Of a stretch of DNA of 64,000 bases, positions 49,867 to 62,430 are shown piece by piece. Source of the DNA: Vicugna vicugna (Eukaryota); the NCBI GenBank assembly GCA_013265495.1, contig MU057584.1, forward strand, positions 62,001 to 126,000, written 5' to 3'. The number at the start of each line of letters is the position of its first letter. The stretch's first letter is position 1. The position numbers were made by a program, and so were the translations under genes. The notes beneath the pieces were generated by a model. The model had not been told where the DNA came from, did no database searches, and saw only the letters and a list, made by a program, of their open reading frames with translations.

Positions 49867-50489
49867 TACAGACGGGAGCCCGTTAAATCATTTTTATCGT
49901 GGATGCCCCCAGTGTGGTGCTTTGTTACACGGTTATCTGCATGCAGCATGTACACAAAAAGTAACTGATTTTCTATGCTGTACATGTTGTTTTGAAATTC
50001 TACTTCTGTAGTAGAGGCTGCACTTGCAGGAAAACAGCAAAATGGCATTTCCATGAACATAATAACAGGTTTAAATCAGTGGTTTTACTAAGAGCAAACG
50101 GGCTTTAAAATCAAGATTTAAAATCCCGACTCACCCACTTAACAAGCTGCGTGACATTTTTCTAAGGTATGTTTCATCTCATAAATGACATGATGACATT
50201 GCCGGGGTGGTCAGGACTATTGCAAGGGTTAAATGCATATAAAGTAATTCTTATGATAAATGAGTTAAGAGTGTTACCAAATTAAGCAGATTACACTTGA
50301 ACGTACTCGAAGTTGCAAAAGGTTCATTTTGGTAACTACTTCTCTTGTCCTATACAGATTCAGCTTATCTACACAGCTGGATCTGTGACTTCCATAAATG
50401 TCATATTTGAAATTTCTACTAGAAAACTCCACATAGGGATTGTTTAAGTATTCGAGGAGAGGGCAGAGAGGACAGAATGAATGGGTGAG

Positions 50490-52410
50490 AAGGTGACGGT
50501 CTGGCTAGGAATATAGATTCCACACACAAAAAACTGTTAAAGCCAATAAATGAATCCAGCAAAGTTGTAGGACACAACATAGACATTAAAAAATAGTTGC
50601 ATTTCCATAGTTGCACTTCCATATACACAATGAACCAATTTGCAAACGAAATTACGAAAACAATTCCATTTACAACAGCATCAAAAATAAAATACTTAGG
50701 AATTAACCAAAGAGGTGAAAGATGTGTACACCAAAAACTATAAAACACTGATAAAAGAAATTAAAGACACTGAAAAATGGAATGACATTTCACATTCATG
50801 GATTGAGAGATGTAATGTTGAGAGATTTCATATTGTTTTGCCAACACTACCCAAAGGGATCTACAGAGTCACTGTAATCTCTATCAAAATCCCAACACAG
50901 AGAAAGGAAAAGCCATCCCAAAATTCACATGGAAACTTGAGGGGACTCAAATAGCCAAAACAATCTTGAAAAATTTGAAAAAAGTTGGTGGACTCCCACC
51001 CTAATTTTAAAACTTACCCTAAAGCTATAGTAATCAAAACAGTGCAGTACTAGGATAAAGACAGACATACATACAGACCAAGGGAATAAACCAAACGGCC
51101 CAGAAATAAACTACTGAGTATACAGTCAAACGATTTCTGACAAGGGTGCCAAGACCACTCAATGGGGAAAGGACTGTCTTTTCAATAAATGGTTCTGGGA
51201 ACACTGGATATTCACACTGTAAAAGAATGAAGCTGGACGCTTCCTCACACCATATACAAAAGTCAGCTCAAAGTGCATCAAAGACCTAAATGTAAGAGCT
51301 AAAACTTTAAAACTCCTAGAAGAAAACAGAGTAAAAGCTACATTACATTGGATTTGGCAATGATTTCTTAGGACACCAAAGGCACAAGCAACCAAAAAAA
51401 AAAAAAACCAAAAAACAAATTTGACTTCATGAAAATTAAAAACTTGTGCATCAAAAAGACCCACTCAACAAAGTAAAAAGGCTACACATGGAAAGAGAAA
51501 ATACTTGCAAATCATGTAACTGATACGTGATTAATACTCAAAATATACAAAGAACTCTGAAAAACAACAAACACTCTGATTCAAAAATGAGCAAAAGACT
51601 TACGTAGACATTTCTCCAAAGAAGATATACCCAGTGGCCAATAAAAGATGCAAAACATCACTAAATCGTTAGAGAAATGCAAGTCAAAAACAATGTGTAC
51701 CACTTCACTCTCATTAAAATAGGTATTATAAAAACAAACAAAATAACCAGTATCGGTGAGGATGCTGCAAATTGGAACCCTTCCGCACTGCTGGTGGGAG
51801 TGGAAGATGGCGCAGCTGGTATGGAAACCAGTATAGCGGTTCCCTAAACACTGAGTAACAGAATTACCACATGCTCCAGCGTTTCTACTCCAGGTATATA
51901 CACAAAAGAACAGAAAGCAGGGACTTAAATAGGTGTCTGTACACAGCACAGATGCTCACAGCAGCGTGAGTCACAATAACCAAAAGACGCAAACGACCCA
52001 AATGTCACCAGTGGATGAATGAAGCAAATGTGGTGTATATATACAATGTGGTCGTTATTCAGCCTTAAAAAAGAAGGAAATTCTGACATGTGCTCCAACA
52101 TGGATGAACCCTGAAGACATCATGCTAAGTGAAGTAAGCCAGACACAGAAGGACAAATACTGTATGGTTCCTTTTATGGGAGGTACATGGAATAGTCAAA
52201 ATTCAGAGACAGAAGGTGGGACAGTGGTTACTGGGGACTGAGGGTAAGGCGAGGATGGGGAGTTGTTGAATGGGGACAGTTTCAGTTTGGGATAGTGAAA
52301 AAGTTCTGGGGGGAAACAGTGCTGAAGGTTGCACAACAATGTGAATGTAGTTCATGCTACTGAACTTGCAGTTAAAATGATACATTTTATGTATATTTTG
52401 CCACAATTAA
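50490..52410 (+). mobile_element. L1 ORF2 3' part and 3' UTR
   Basis: aaaataaaatacttaggaattaaccaaagagg..atggggaaaggactgtcttttcaataaatgg..catggatgaaccctgaagacatcatgctaagtgaa. Confidence 0.8.
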
Positions 52411-52607
52411 AAACTTATATATACTAATAAGTCTGGAGGGATGGTACTTAAGACACAAATTCAGGTAAATGGAGAGTGAAGGGTGGGTGGTATTTTAAAA
52501 GGACTGGTCGGAAACAGCCTTGGGTGAAAGGACTTCTGAGCAGAGACAGGAATGAAGAAGAAAGAGGGGTGGGAGGTGTGTGGGAGAGCCACGTTCCAGC
52601 CAGGGAC

Positions 52608-52703
52608 CTGAATGCCTACCTCCCTGAGTCTGGATCTCTGTCATCCAAAGCTTTTCCTCTCTCTCCAGCTGGGCTATCATCTCTGGTTTGGAGGACTGGT
52701 GCC
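52608..52703 (-). CDS. ZNF235: ZNF235 KRAB-B exon
   Basis: ttttcgcag|(G)HQSSKPEMIAQLEREEKLWMTEIQTQGGRHS(G)|gtccct; 96 bp. An alternative in-frame donor GAG|gtaggc would end the exon at 52620. Confidence 0.85.
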
Positions 52704-53200
52704 CTGCGAAAACATTAAAGGACGAAAGCACTGAACAGTTTTGGTCCCAGTCCCATGGTGTGAGGCTTCGCGCCTCCCCCAAAGTTCACCAAGCATTTCT
52801 GATCAGATCCAGCATAAGGAATATACGTTGTTAGAAATGCATGACTACTGCATGGAAATGACTGAAGTAAAAGATTAAATGACCTGCTTCCAGACAGCCT
52901 GTTTCCATCACGGCCTTTGCGGTCTCACGCTCCTCGCGGTAACAGCTGCAGCAGTCACTACGACCTGCACCATTCATCGCTACTGTATTCTACATTTTTA
53001 CTACAGGAATGCTGATGCAGCTTACTGATTTCATGACCCACAAATTTAAGTTCAACTGTTTATAGTTCATTTATGAAAGGCAAATGTTTCCCTTGGAACA
53101 AAGACTAGAAACATCTTGTCTCTGTGCTCCAAAGGGACTGGAAAACTCTGATCTATAAGAAGCCCTAAAGCCGTGAAGTCACAGGCTGAGGCCAGGGATC

Positions 53201-53280
53201 CTAAAGCGTGTGAGACGGTCCCCACAACAAAGAAATCATCTGGCCCCAAATGTCAGCAGTGCCGAGGCTGAGAAACCCTG
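53201..53280. mobile_element. MER20 (hAT) fragment
   Basis: ccccacaacaaagaaatcatctggccccaaatgtcagcagtgccgaggctgagaaaccctg. Confidence 0.75.
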
Positions 53281-53284
53281 CTCA

Positions 53285-53428
<144 letters not shown>

Positions 53429-54127
53429 CTACAACATGCAACATGTGTAGCCTCAATCTTACAATCAACCTCCCCTGGAAGACGGCCAGCACTGACAAGG
53501 GGGAGGAGATGTGGGAAGCTCTTCCAGATTCTGAGCAACCTGAACGACTCGTTTTAGGAGACTGTCTCCTTTTCCCCTCCCACAGTCACACCAAAACTGC
53601 TGGGGGGGGGCATGTGTGTGGGGAGGTGGGGCCCGGAGGAAGGAACCCCCTCCCCCAATTTTTTTTAAACCCTGAGATACATGTAAAATAGTGCCCTGTA
53701 TAGAGCTGCATCTCAGAACTGTCACTGCCACTGTTAAATCACGGCGGACGTGCATTTTACAGTTGGGCTGAAAGTGCCAGATTTTGTGGGAAATGCTGAG
53801 TTAGTTTAGCCCCACAGACGGGCACTCCTCCGCGCCCAGCTCCTCCCCCGCCGGGCGGTACCGCTGTTCTGTCGGTGCTGCCGATCTGACCGGCCTTGGC
53901 GCCTCCACAGGCAGGTCCCTAGTTCATTGTCTCGGGAACTCGCCGTCTGTGTCGGTGGCAGCCTTCAGTGTCAAGGTGACGGGCACAGGCTCTGGAGACG
54001 AACTGCCTCCGTTCACAGGACTAGATCTCTGACCTTGGACAAGCCACCCAGCTTCTCAGCACCTGCCCATCTGCCCAAGAGCGCAACATCCCAGGGTACC
54101 TGAAGGGATTCAGTGAGGCTGCTCAGC

Positions 54128-54256
54128 GGGGAGGGTAGCGCTCACTGGTAGAGCGCGTGCTAAGCCTGCAGGGGGACCTGGGTTCACTCCCCAGTGCCTC
54201 CATTAAATAAATAAATAACCCTAATTACCTCCCCCAACCAAAAAAAAAAAAAAAAG
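54128..54256 (+). mobile_element. tRNA-derived SINE (Vic-1-like)
   Basis: ggggagggtagcgctcactggtagagcgcgtgctaag..gggttcactccccagtgcctcc plus poly-A. Confidence 0.8.
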
Positions 54257-54665
54257 AATGTTAATACTCAACAAATGCCAGTCATCACTGTTACTATTAA
54301 TTTCATTATTCATGGCTGTATGGTCATTTCATGAAAGTGAAAAAACACATATTTAACTATGCCATTAAATTAAACAGCAATGTAATACCTTAAGATTTTT
54401 AAACTATTAATAATGCTGTGAAAAACTTTTTTTCACACAGATTCGGCCAACTTGTCTGCTTATTTCCTTTGGGATAAGTTCCAAGAAGTGGCAACTGCAT
54501 TGTCAACAAATATTTACCTTTGCTAGTAAAATGGCAATTTTCCCAATCAACTCTTCCAGTAACATATTGGAAGTGTCCCTGATTCTCCATACTCTGGCCC
54601 AAACAGGGTATTATCTTCCTTCTTAAATCTTGGGTAATTTGGTAAGTGATAAAAACAGCTCTTTG

Positions 54666-54795
54666 GAGGGTGAGGGGTACAGCTCAGTGGTAGAGTGCAT
54701 GCTTAGCATGCATGAGGTCCTGTCTTCAATCTCCAGGACCCCAGGACCTCCATTAATACACCAAAAAACAAAACAAAACAGAACAAAATTTTTAA
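54666..54795 (+). mobile_element. tRNA-derived SINE (Vic-1-like)
   Basis: cagctcagtggtagagtgcatgcttagcatgcatgaggtcc; TSD aaaaacagctcttt. Confidence 0.8.
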
Positions 54796-56192
54796 AAAAC
54801 AGCTCTTTCTAAAAATCCCCCCCACAAATCCCACTTATTTCACTTTCTCAAAACATCATCTTTTGATATTTACCCCCTCCCACACATACCGCTTGTTCAT
54901 TTCCCTTGCTTGTAATCCTACTGAGGTGATCTCATGCATCAGTAAGAGTCCTGTGAGGAATACTAAGCCTTTACTAGCACGTATAAATCCCCACCCTCAC
55001 GCCCCACCCTCACTCCTGTCTCCTGCGGGTCTCATGACTTTGTATACAGTGTTTTCCTTTACGAGAAGATTTATCTGAAGACCTTGCTCCTCTCTGATTT
55101 GCTTTGGCTGGAGTCTTGAGCCTCTATGTATCAAACAGCTAGTTAACACATCTGGCCAAAAAGAGACAGGCACTCAGAAAAGGAACCAGGTGAGCGGCAG
55201 TGCTATTCTCAGAGTCCTCCGTCCACCAGCCATGCCAGGCACGCACACAATGTGGCCTCAGGTCCCCGCATGGAGTAGTCTCTTCTGCTGGGTCTCCCCA
55301 TTTACCCTCACTGGACACCTGCAACTCCTGGCCCAGGCAACGGGAACTGTAGTGTGAGCTGGCCACTGAGTGGATTTTAGCAGGTATCTGAATGCTCACA
55401 AATCTGTTCATGTTAAAATGCACATAAGACCATCTCTGTCCTCACACAGATGTCCCTATTGCTGTTAGACTTTTAAAACTAAATGTGTACTTCTTTATAC
55501 TAACATGTCGATGAATGAAACAGATACTTAACCATAATACATACATGGTTTAACTTAAAATCAAAGAATCTAGTTGTTCTTGTGTGAAAACAATGAAAAT
55601 TATTTTTTTCCGAGTTCAGTATCAGTTGGATTGTTGCACCAAACCATACTTCAGACATTCTAGCCACAAAACATGAGACTCCACATATGAGGAAACAATT
55701 GAGTTCCTAAAATTTTAAGAAGAAAATAGAACTCTCAAATTTCCTGTTTGGGAAGAAAGGTTTATATATGTAGGAAAACTGTCCTTGTAAACATATTAAA
55801 ATGGTAAAATTCAGAAACCACATAAATATGGACAACAGGGGAAAATATTGGTAAATCATGGAAAACGACGAGGCCATTTAACTTGTAGATGATATAAAAT
55901 TCAGTTTTAAACATGCAAGATGGCACTGAAACGCTGATAACAGATCTACACGTGCAAACACAAAGGAATGAAAAGGAATGTGGGAAAATGAAAAGTGCTG
56001 CTCTGCAAACATGTTTATAATATGGGGACTGTTTTTACTTTAAAAAAAATCTATTAAGTTTCATGCTATTATTTGGAAAGAAACAAAAAGCGAGGGCTTT
56101 GGGTTCCCTCTTACCCTCCCTGAGCAGGAGGAAAATGTGTCCAGCTGTGAAATGAGATGTCATTGTAAGAAATAAAGGCCAACCCAACTTAC

Positions 56193-56207
56193 CTGGAACT
56201 TGGTCAT
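56193..56207 (-). CDS. ZNF235: ZNF235 exon 2 coding part (MTKFQ); exon 56193-56256
   Basis: ttcccttccccag|tttt...gaaaaaaATGACCAAGTTCCAG|gtaagt. Confidence 0.9.
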
Positions 56208-57439
56208 TTTTTTCCCTCGTCCTTCTGGTGGCAGGCAGGGCTCCGGGAAGACAAAACTGGGGAAGGGAAAGCTGAGATGAGAGAGATGCTGGAGATGTGC
56301 TAGCCCACACGGTACATCAGGTGAGCAGGAAGAAGGGCCCTTTTCTCTAGGCAACGCAGAGCCAACATAACCTAGTGAGAACAGAGGCTGAATTCAGCTT
56401 CCTTAGCTCATGAACAATCTATTAACAGCCCTAACCCAAGTGCTTCTTGGAGCTCCCAGGGTATTCCTGAGGCTGGTTATCAAGGAAACGAGAGACAGGA
56501 CAACTTAACCGGGCCCAAACACCTGGGTTCAAATTCCGGCATTTCTCCTTAATTACTTTCTCCTTACTAGTAGCACGTTATTAACCTCCAGGTGCCTCAG
56601 TCACTTGTAAACGGGTGTAGTAATGCCGGTGTTCCCCGTTCCCTGCAGCTTCAGACAATGCTTGTCCTCTTATGAGTCCCAGAACTGCCTTTGCGAATAT
56701 GCTTCACGAAAATGAATCTTAAGAAACACTGAATTCAGAGATGACTGCTCTGTCCCTTGAGTCACCCTTACTCTCAGAAACGTCAAATTCTGACCGGTTG
56801 TCTCACAGATAATTTGTGTTGCTGTTAATGAACGTTAAATTGCCGTGGATTTTTTCCCCCCTTAAAAGGTGTAACTGCTTGCACATGTTATTAAGCTGGA
56901 AGAGCTTAAGATTTCTTCTCCCACTTGCATGAAGGTAAACAATGACCAATAAAAACCTAAGACTAAGAAATCGCGTAGCACTTAAATTAACACCACGAGG
57001 TTATTATACGATACTGAACATTCTTTATTAAGGCCTCACTACACTGCAGGCACTCTTGTAAAGCCGTGATCACGATGATTTCTCAGTCTGAAATAAACCA
57101 CAGAGGACTTTTTCCACGATCCAGTTGAAGGTAACTCTCCTTCCTAAACAAAGGTCTAGAAAGAGTCCAGGAATCCAGGAATAGCCCCACATCAGTGACC
57201 AGGGGACAGTGGGGCTGTAGCTGGGGCTCCGACCCCATCCCAAGCTCGCAGGCGCTTCCCAACAGGACGCCAGAGTATTATACTAGAACCTATGATAACA
57301 GCCCACATTTTACTATGCACGAGGCACTATTTTTAAGCCTTTCATATATAGTCTCAAAAGAACACCACTGGAGAGGAACTGACTGGAGGAAACTGAGGCA
57401 GGGAGAGACTAAGTAAGTCGCCCAATATTTCACTGCAAG

Positions 57440-57860
57440 AAGGACGCAGAGCTGGCTGGTCCTGGAGGAGGGCGCGGGGAGCGGAGAGCGCGGGAGACCC
57501 GCATACTCGATGCACGACGCCAGCCCGCCCCGACGCCGGAGGTCCGCCGGGGGGATGCACGCCGCCGCCGCCGCGGCTCTCTCCCCGCCCTCCGCAGCTT
57601 CCCTTTCCCAGGGGCGAGGACCGGGGCTCCGCTGGCCCTACGCGGAGGCCGAAAAGGCTCGGAGAGATTGGAGGGACGCGCGGGGTTAACTCACCTCACT
57701 GGAAGCAATCGCAGTAGTGACCTAGCCTTCCTGGAGCGGAAGCGCCTCTGGCTACACACCGTTCCCGAACTACATTTCCCAGAATCCCCAAGAGGGTGCG
57801 CCTCCGCGTTAACATACCTCGGGGACTACATTTCCCAGGATGCAGTTCGCAGGAGCCTTG
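57440..57860 (-). promoter_or_regulatory. ZNF235: ZNF235 CpG island promoter and non-coding exon 1 (donor GAG|gtgagt, exon end 57695)
   Basis: Dense CpG at 57470-57690. Two ACTACATTTCCCAG motifs at 57769-57785 and 57825-57844; ETS-like gcggaagc at about 57736-57743. Confidence 0.8.
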
Positions 57861-58170
57861 GCTTTGGTTTTGACTGTAGAGCTGGTTTGGTTTGAGAGTC
57901 ACTTCTCCGGTGCTATTAATTGTCAGATTCTTTTTCGTTTTATTCATTTCTTGAAGCTCATGAGATAATAATGTAAGAAGATAGTTGTTTGGGTAACAAC
58001 TCAATAATTGCGAATTTTAAAAAATGCGGCCGTATAAGAGAGAAAAGCGGGGCTTGCGCTACAAGTCAGTTAAAAGCCAAAAACTTTAGGGGCAAAGGGT
58101 AGACTAAAAAATGGGAAACATAAAAGTGATCTAGGCTGAGCTGAACTTAAGGAACACTGGATTTCAAACT

Positions 58171-58770
58171 TGTTTCGGATGCTGGCTCCCCAAATATCAG
58201 CAATAAAACCTGTTAACGAGATAAGAACGTAGTGTATTGCTTACCGCGGCAAGGGAGAAACGCCACCTCGACAGAGTTTTGGCACCTTGATAAAGTGTCG
58301 GGGGAGCCAGGAAGTAGGGTTGGAATTTACTGAGACTTGGAAGTTTGGTTTAAGGTGGGTCTTTCAATGCAAAAGACTTGACTGGGACTGCGTGAAGGTC
58401 ATGATGCTACAATCTAACATTGACGGTACCAGGAAGGATTTTTGTAGACAACGAGTCTACAGGTGCAAACTGTCGATGCTTTCTTTTGAAGAGATGGTAG
58501 AGTTGATGGGTGTTCGTGGAAGTTCCTGTAATGAACAATCCAGCAATTTGCTTGGGCAAGAATTTCCTGGAATAGTAAAGGTATGCTAATAAAACTGAAG
58601 TTATGTTCATGTACCCAGTAAACGATGGGAGGAAAGGTAGGAAATCTGTCTTCATTGTCCAAGCTGTGCGTCTTGGGGAGAGGCGGGAGGGGTTGAAATG
58701 AAGTGTTTTGACTCCTTTGCTTCCTTTATTAGCAAAGCACTTAAGGGTTCTTGAGCTGTTCATTACCATA
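58171..58770. mobile_element. Possible old LTR just upstream of the ZNF235 promoter
   Basis: Starts tgtttcgg and has LTR-like composition; family not recognised. Confidence 0.3.
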
Positions 58771-60210
58771 CGCTAAGAATTTGTAAAAAGGCTATACACA
58801 CGTTGATTAAAGTACAAACAGGAATATCTTTAACTTCAATTTTTTTTTCAAATATAGTGATTGTTATGGCAAACGAAAGCAGCTCCATTGCAAGGAATTT
58901 AAGAAAATATTGTGACGTGTGCATATATAAAATCCACAGTTGTTTTCTAACGCAAGTTTGGCTTCAGATATTTGATTACATACTTCTAAGTTCTGCTCCT
59001 GACAAATAAAGTGTCCTGTGACTGAATAAGCCAAGTGAACAAGGACGTGATGATTTTTCTCCTAGGCAGGAAATGTATTTTGTAGCTTTTTATTATGAAA
59101 GTTTTCAAAAGAGAGAACAGTAAAATGCACCCCATATACTCATATCCAAAATTCAACTTAATTTTAAACATTTAATTCATCTATCACTATTATTTTTAGT
59201 TATAGTAGAATTTTGAAACAAATCCCCGACATCATGTCTTTTCACACCTTGTTAAATATTTAAAAAATAAAAATATTCTTTCAAAACCACAATACCCTTA
59301 TCATGCTAAATAAAATAATTATTAATTCTTTAATATTTCCTAATATCCAGTCTGTTTTCAGATTTTCCCCAAACCCCCTCATCAGTGGTTTGTTCAAATC
59401 AATGTCCAGAGTCCATTCATTTTATTTGTTCAGGTGTGTTTATTCTTGAATACTATCCATTCACTTCTTCTTACAGAACTTTGACCTGTTGAGGAATCGG
59501 GTTGGTTGTCATGATGATCTACATTCTGAATTTCTCCTGTTTATTTTTCATATCATTAGATAGTTTCTTCGTCTATTCTGTTTCCTATAAAGTAAAATTT
59601 AAATCTAAAGGCCTGTTTAAAGTTCATCTCTTTTGATAGAACACGTCATAGATGGTACTGGAAACATCTGAGCAAAGACCAGTTGAAGCCACTTCAAATC
59701 CTTGGCAAAGCACTTCTAAGGAGGAAAAATAAAAACAGTAAATATGTGAAAAATAGTGGTTTTAAAGAACCATTTTAAGGAATCAGATGAAAGGATTTTG
59801 CCGAAAAGTAGAAACATTTGGTAATAATTGTTTTGTAGTTTCACATATGAAACAGGATTAACTCAATAATAGGAAAGATAATTTTCAGATAAAGATTACT
59901 GCCAAATTAAAAAATACAATGGAGGCTTCTACTTTGACTAGTGGCAAAATAGGTATTTCCCATTAACTAGACACATAAACACAAAAAAAACACATACATA
60001 CACACACACACAAGGTCTGTCTGTAAGAAAAGAACGTGTGGAGAATGAATTAGCAGCCCAAAATTCAGGAGAATAGGGAAATCTAGAGAAGAGAGCCAGT
60101 TACAGGAGCCACTTTTGCCCTGAGAGGCACTCGCCAACTCAGGAAACTGTAAGGCCAAGAAACAAGGCACTTGTCCTGACACAATGATGGAGCTACGGTT
60201 ATAAAAGTTG

Positions 60211-60757
60211 TGTCACCCATACCAGGCCCTGAGAGCTAAAGGAGCCTTGCCTTGATTTACCACTGTGTTTGTTTCAGAAGCACCAGAGCTGCTTCGCACC
60301 TGCGCCATATGAGATGAAGTGATCAACCGTCCTGAACCAGCTCTGACTTCACCACAGGGACGTGCCTGTGCAGATGAGACCTGACGGTGTCCCAGGGTTA
60401 CCTTCGCTTCATTAACGTGCTAAGAGATCTCTGCCCAAGGAAGGGGCTTGTATTCTGCTGGGCACAATTCCAGCCGGGTGCCGAGAAGCCGGGAAGACTG
60501 CGCATGCCCCGGCTGCCCACACCCCACCCCTTTTCCTAGAGCCCTGATGACGTATCTGCTTCTAACCCTTAAAATCGCCTTATTCCCCTCCCTTTGGGGA
60601 AAAGGTGTTTTTAGATCAGGAGTTCCCCTTCTCCATTCCCTGATTAATGAGTAAAGTTTCTGCTCTGCTATACTGAACCTGATTTCACTTAATTGCATTT
60701 GCAACTTCAGACAAAGGACGCATTGAGGGGTCAACAACCAGTTGGGGGTGGGTAACT
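60211..60757 (+). mobile_element. Young-looking solo ERV LTR
   Basis: Begins TGTCAC and ends GGTAAC(T); exact 4-bp TSD GTTG (60207-60210 and 60758-60761); CpG retained; agtaaa poly(A)-like signal near 60650. Confidence 0.75.
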
Positions 60758-61084
60758 GTTGGAGTCCAGTGCCTCCCATGAGCAAGGAACTAGTAAAACT
60801 CCTATGTTTTGTGTTGGACACCAAAGCCCACTGTACCCTAGCAGGGAGAGTGAAGGGGTATAGATCTGCTCTGGTGGGGCTGAAGCATAGCCCCAAATCA
60901 GCTGGTATCCTTGAAACTGGATAAAAGTAATTTTTAATCGCTAATGCTCTCAGGCATCTAATAGTATCAAATAAAAATCCTTTTTGGAAGAAAAGATATG
61001 ACCCTAAGCCTGAAATTACTTTGACAAAATTTCAAATACAATATTAATATCAGACAAAATGTATTTTAAAGCAAAAAGCATTGC

Positions 61085-61560
61085 TAGACCATGCAAGTTG
61101 CACATGGGTGTTCATAATTATTTATAACAGACAAAAAGTGGAAACTACTCAAATGTCCATCACCCGATGGATGGGTAAACAAAATGTACACCCATAGGAT
61201 GGAACATAATTTGGCCATAAAAAAGGAATGAAGTACTGATACAAAGATGAACTGTGAAAACATTATGCTAAGTGAAGCCAGCCCAAAAGGCCACACAGTG
61301 TACGATTCCACGTATATGAAATGTCCGAATTAGGCAAATCCATAGAGACAGAAAGCAGATTAAGGGTTGCCAGGGGCTTGCGGGGAGGAAGAATGGGGAG
61401 TGACTGTGACTGGGTGCAGGGTTTCATTTAGGGGTGATGAAAATGTTCTGGAATTAAATGGTGATGGTTGCACAACTCTGAATATACTAAACCCACTGAA
61501 TTGTACATTTTAAAAGGGTGAATTTTATAGTATGTGAAGCAGATATTAATAAAGATGCTT
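61085..61560 (+). mobile_element. L1 3' end
   Basis: aaaaagtggaaactactcaaatgtccatca..cattatgctaagtgaag..aaatccatagagacagaaagcagatt. Confidence 0.75.
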
Positions 61561-61709
61561 TTTTATTTTTATTGAAGTACAGTTACAATGTGTCCATTTA
61601 AGATGTTTTGAAAGAAAGCATTGTTAGAAATACCCTTCATATTGATAAAATGTTAATTCATCAAGAACATAAAATAATTCTAAATTTGTATGCACCTTGT
61701 ATATTTGCA

Positions 61710-62430
61710 TATTGTTAATTTGTATAATAAATAATTTGGCTGGCCTTTGTCCGAGCTCCTGGGAGGTAGTGGAGTAAGTCTTTGTTATTCCTGGCATTAC
61801 ACCTGATAGGTTATGCTAGAGAGATGGATTATGGTGGGTCCCTGGACATGACTACGCTAAAGACATGACTCAGGATGAATGCTGATCACCCCAGAGAGAC
61901 CAACCATGTGATTTGAGGTTTTTGAGCCAGGTGATACTAGTCTATGGAGAGAAAGGAGGCTGAAGATTGAGTCACATGGTCAATGATTCAGTCAATCATG
62001 CTACATAATAAAGCCCCGATAAACTCTACAGACGCTGGAGCTTGTGTGAGCCTCCCCAGTTGGCTGTCCTCTGCACAGGGCTACACACCTGTGTGCTGGG
62101 ACGGTAATGTGTCCGGACGCCACGGACAGAGGACAATGGAAGCCTTGCATTGGGAACCCTCCCAGACCATGACCCGTGTCTCTCCCTTTGGCTGGATCTG
62201 ATTTATACCCTTTTGCTATAATAAAACTGTAATTTGTGAACATAGTGCTTTCCTGAGTTCTGTGAGTTGTTCTAGTGAATTATCGAACCCGAGGGATTAG
62301 TGATCAGAAGTGAGGGTGGAATTGGAACCCCTGAACTGGAAGCTTGACTGGAAGTCTTGTGGGGGTCTATGTCCTCAACCTTGAAAGTCTGATCTAAGTT
62401 TGGGTGGTTGGCATTAGAAGTCATTGCATC
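61710..62430 (+). mobile_element. MER21C-like LTR
   Basis: ttggctggcctttgtcc..agaccaaccatgtgatt..tttcctgagttctgtgagttgttctagtgaattatcgaacc. Confidence 0.6.
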
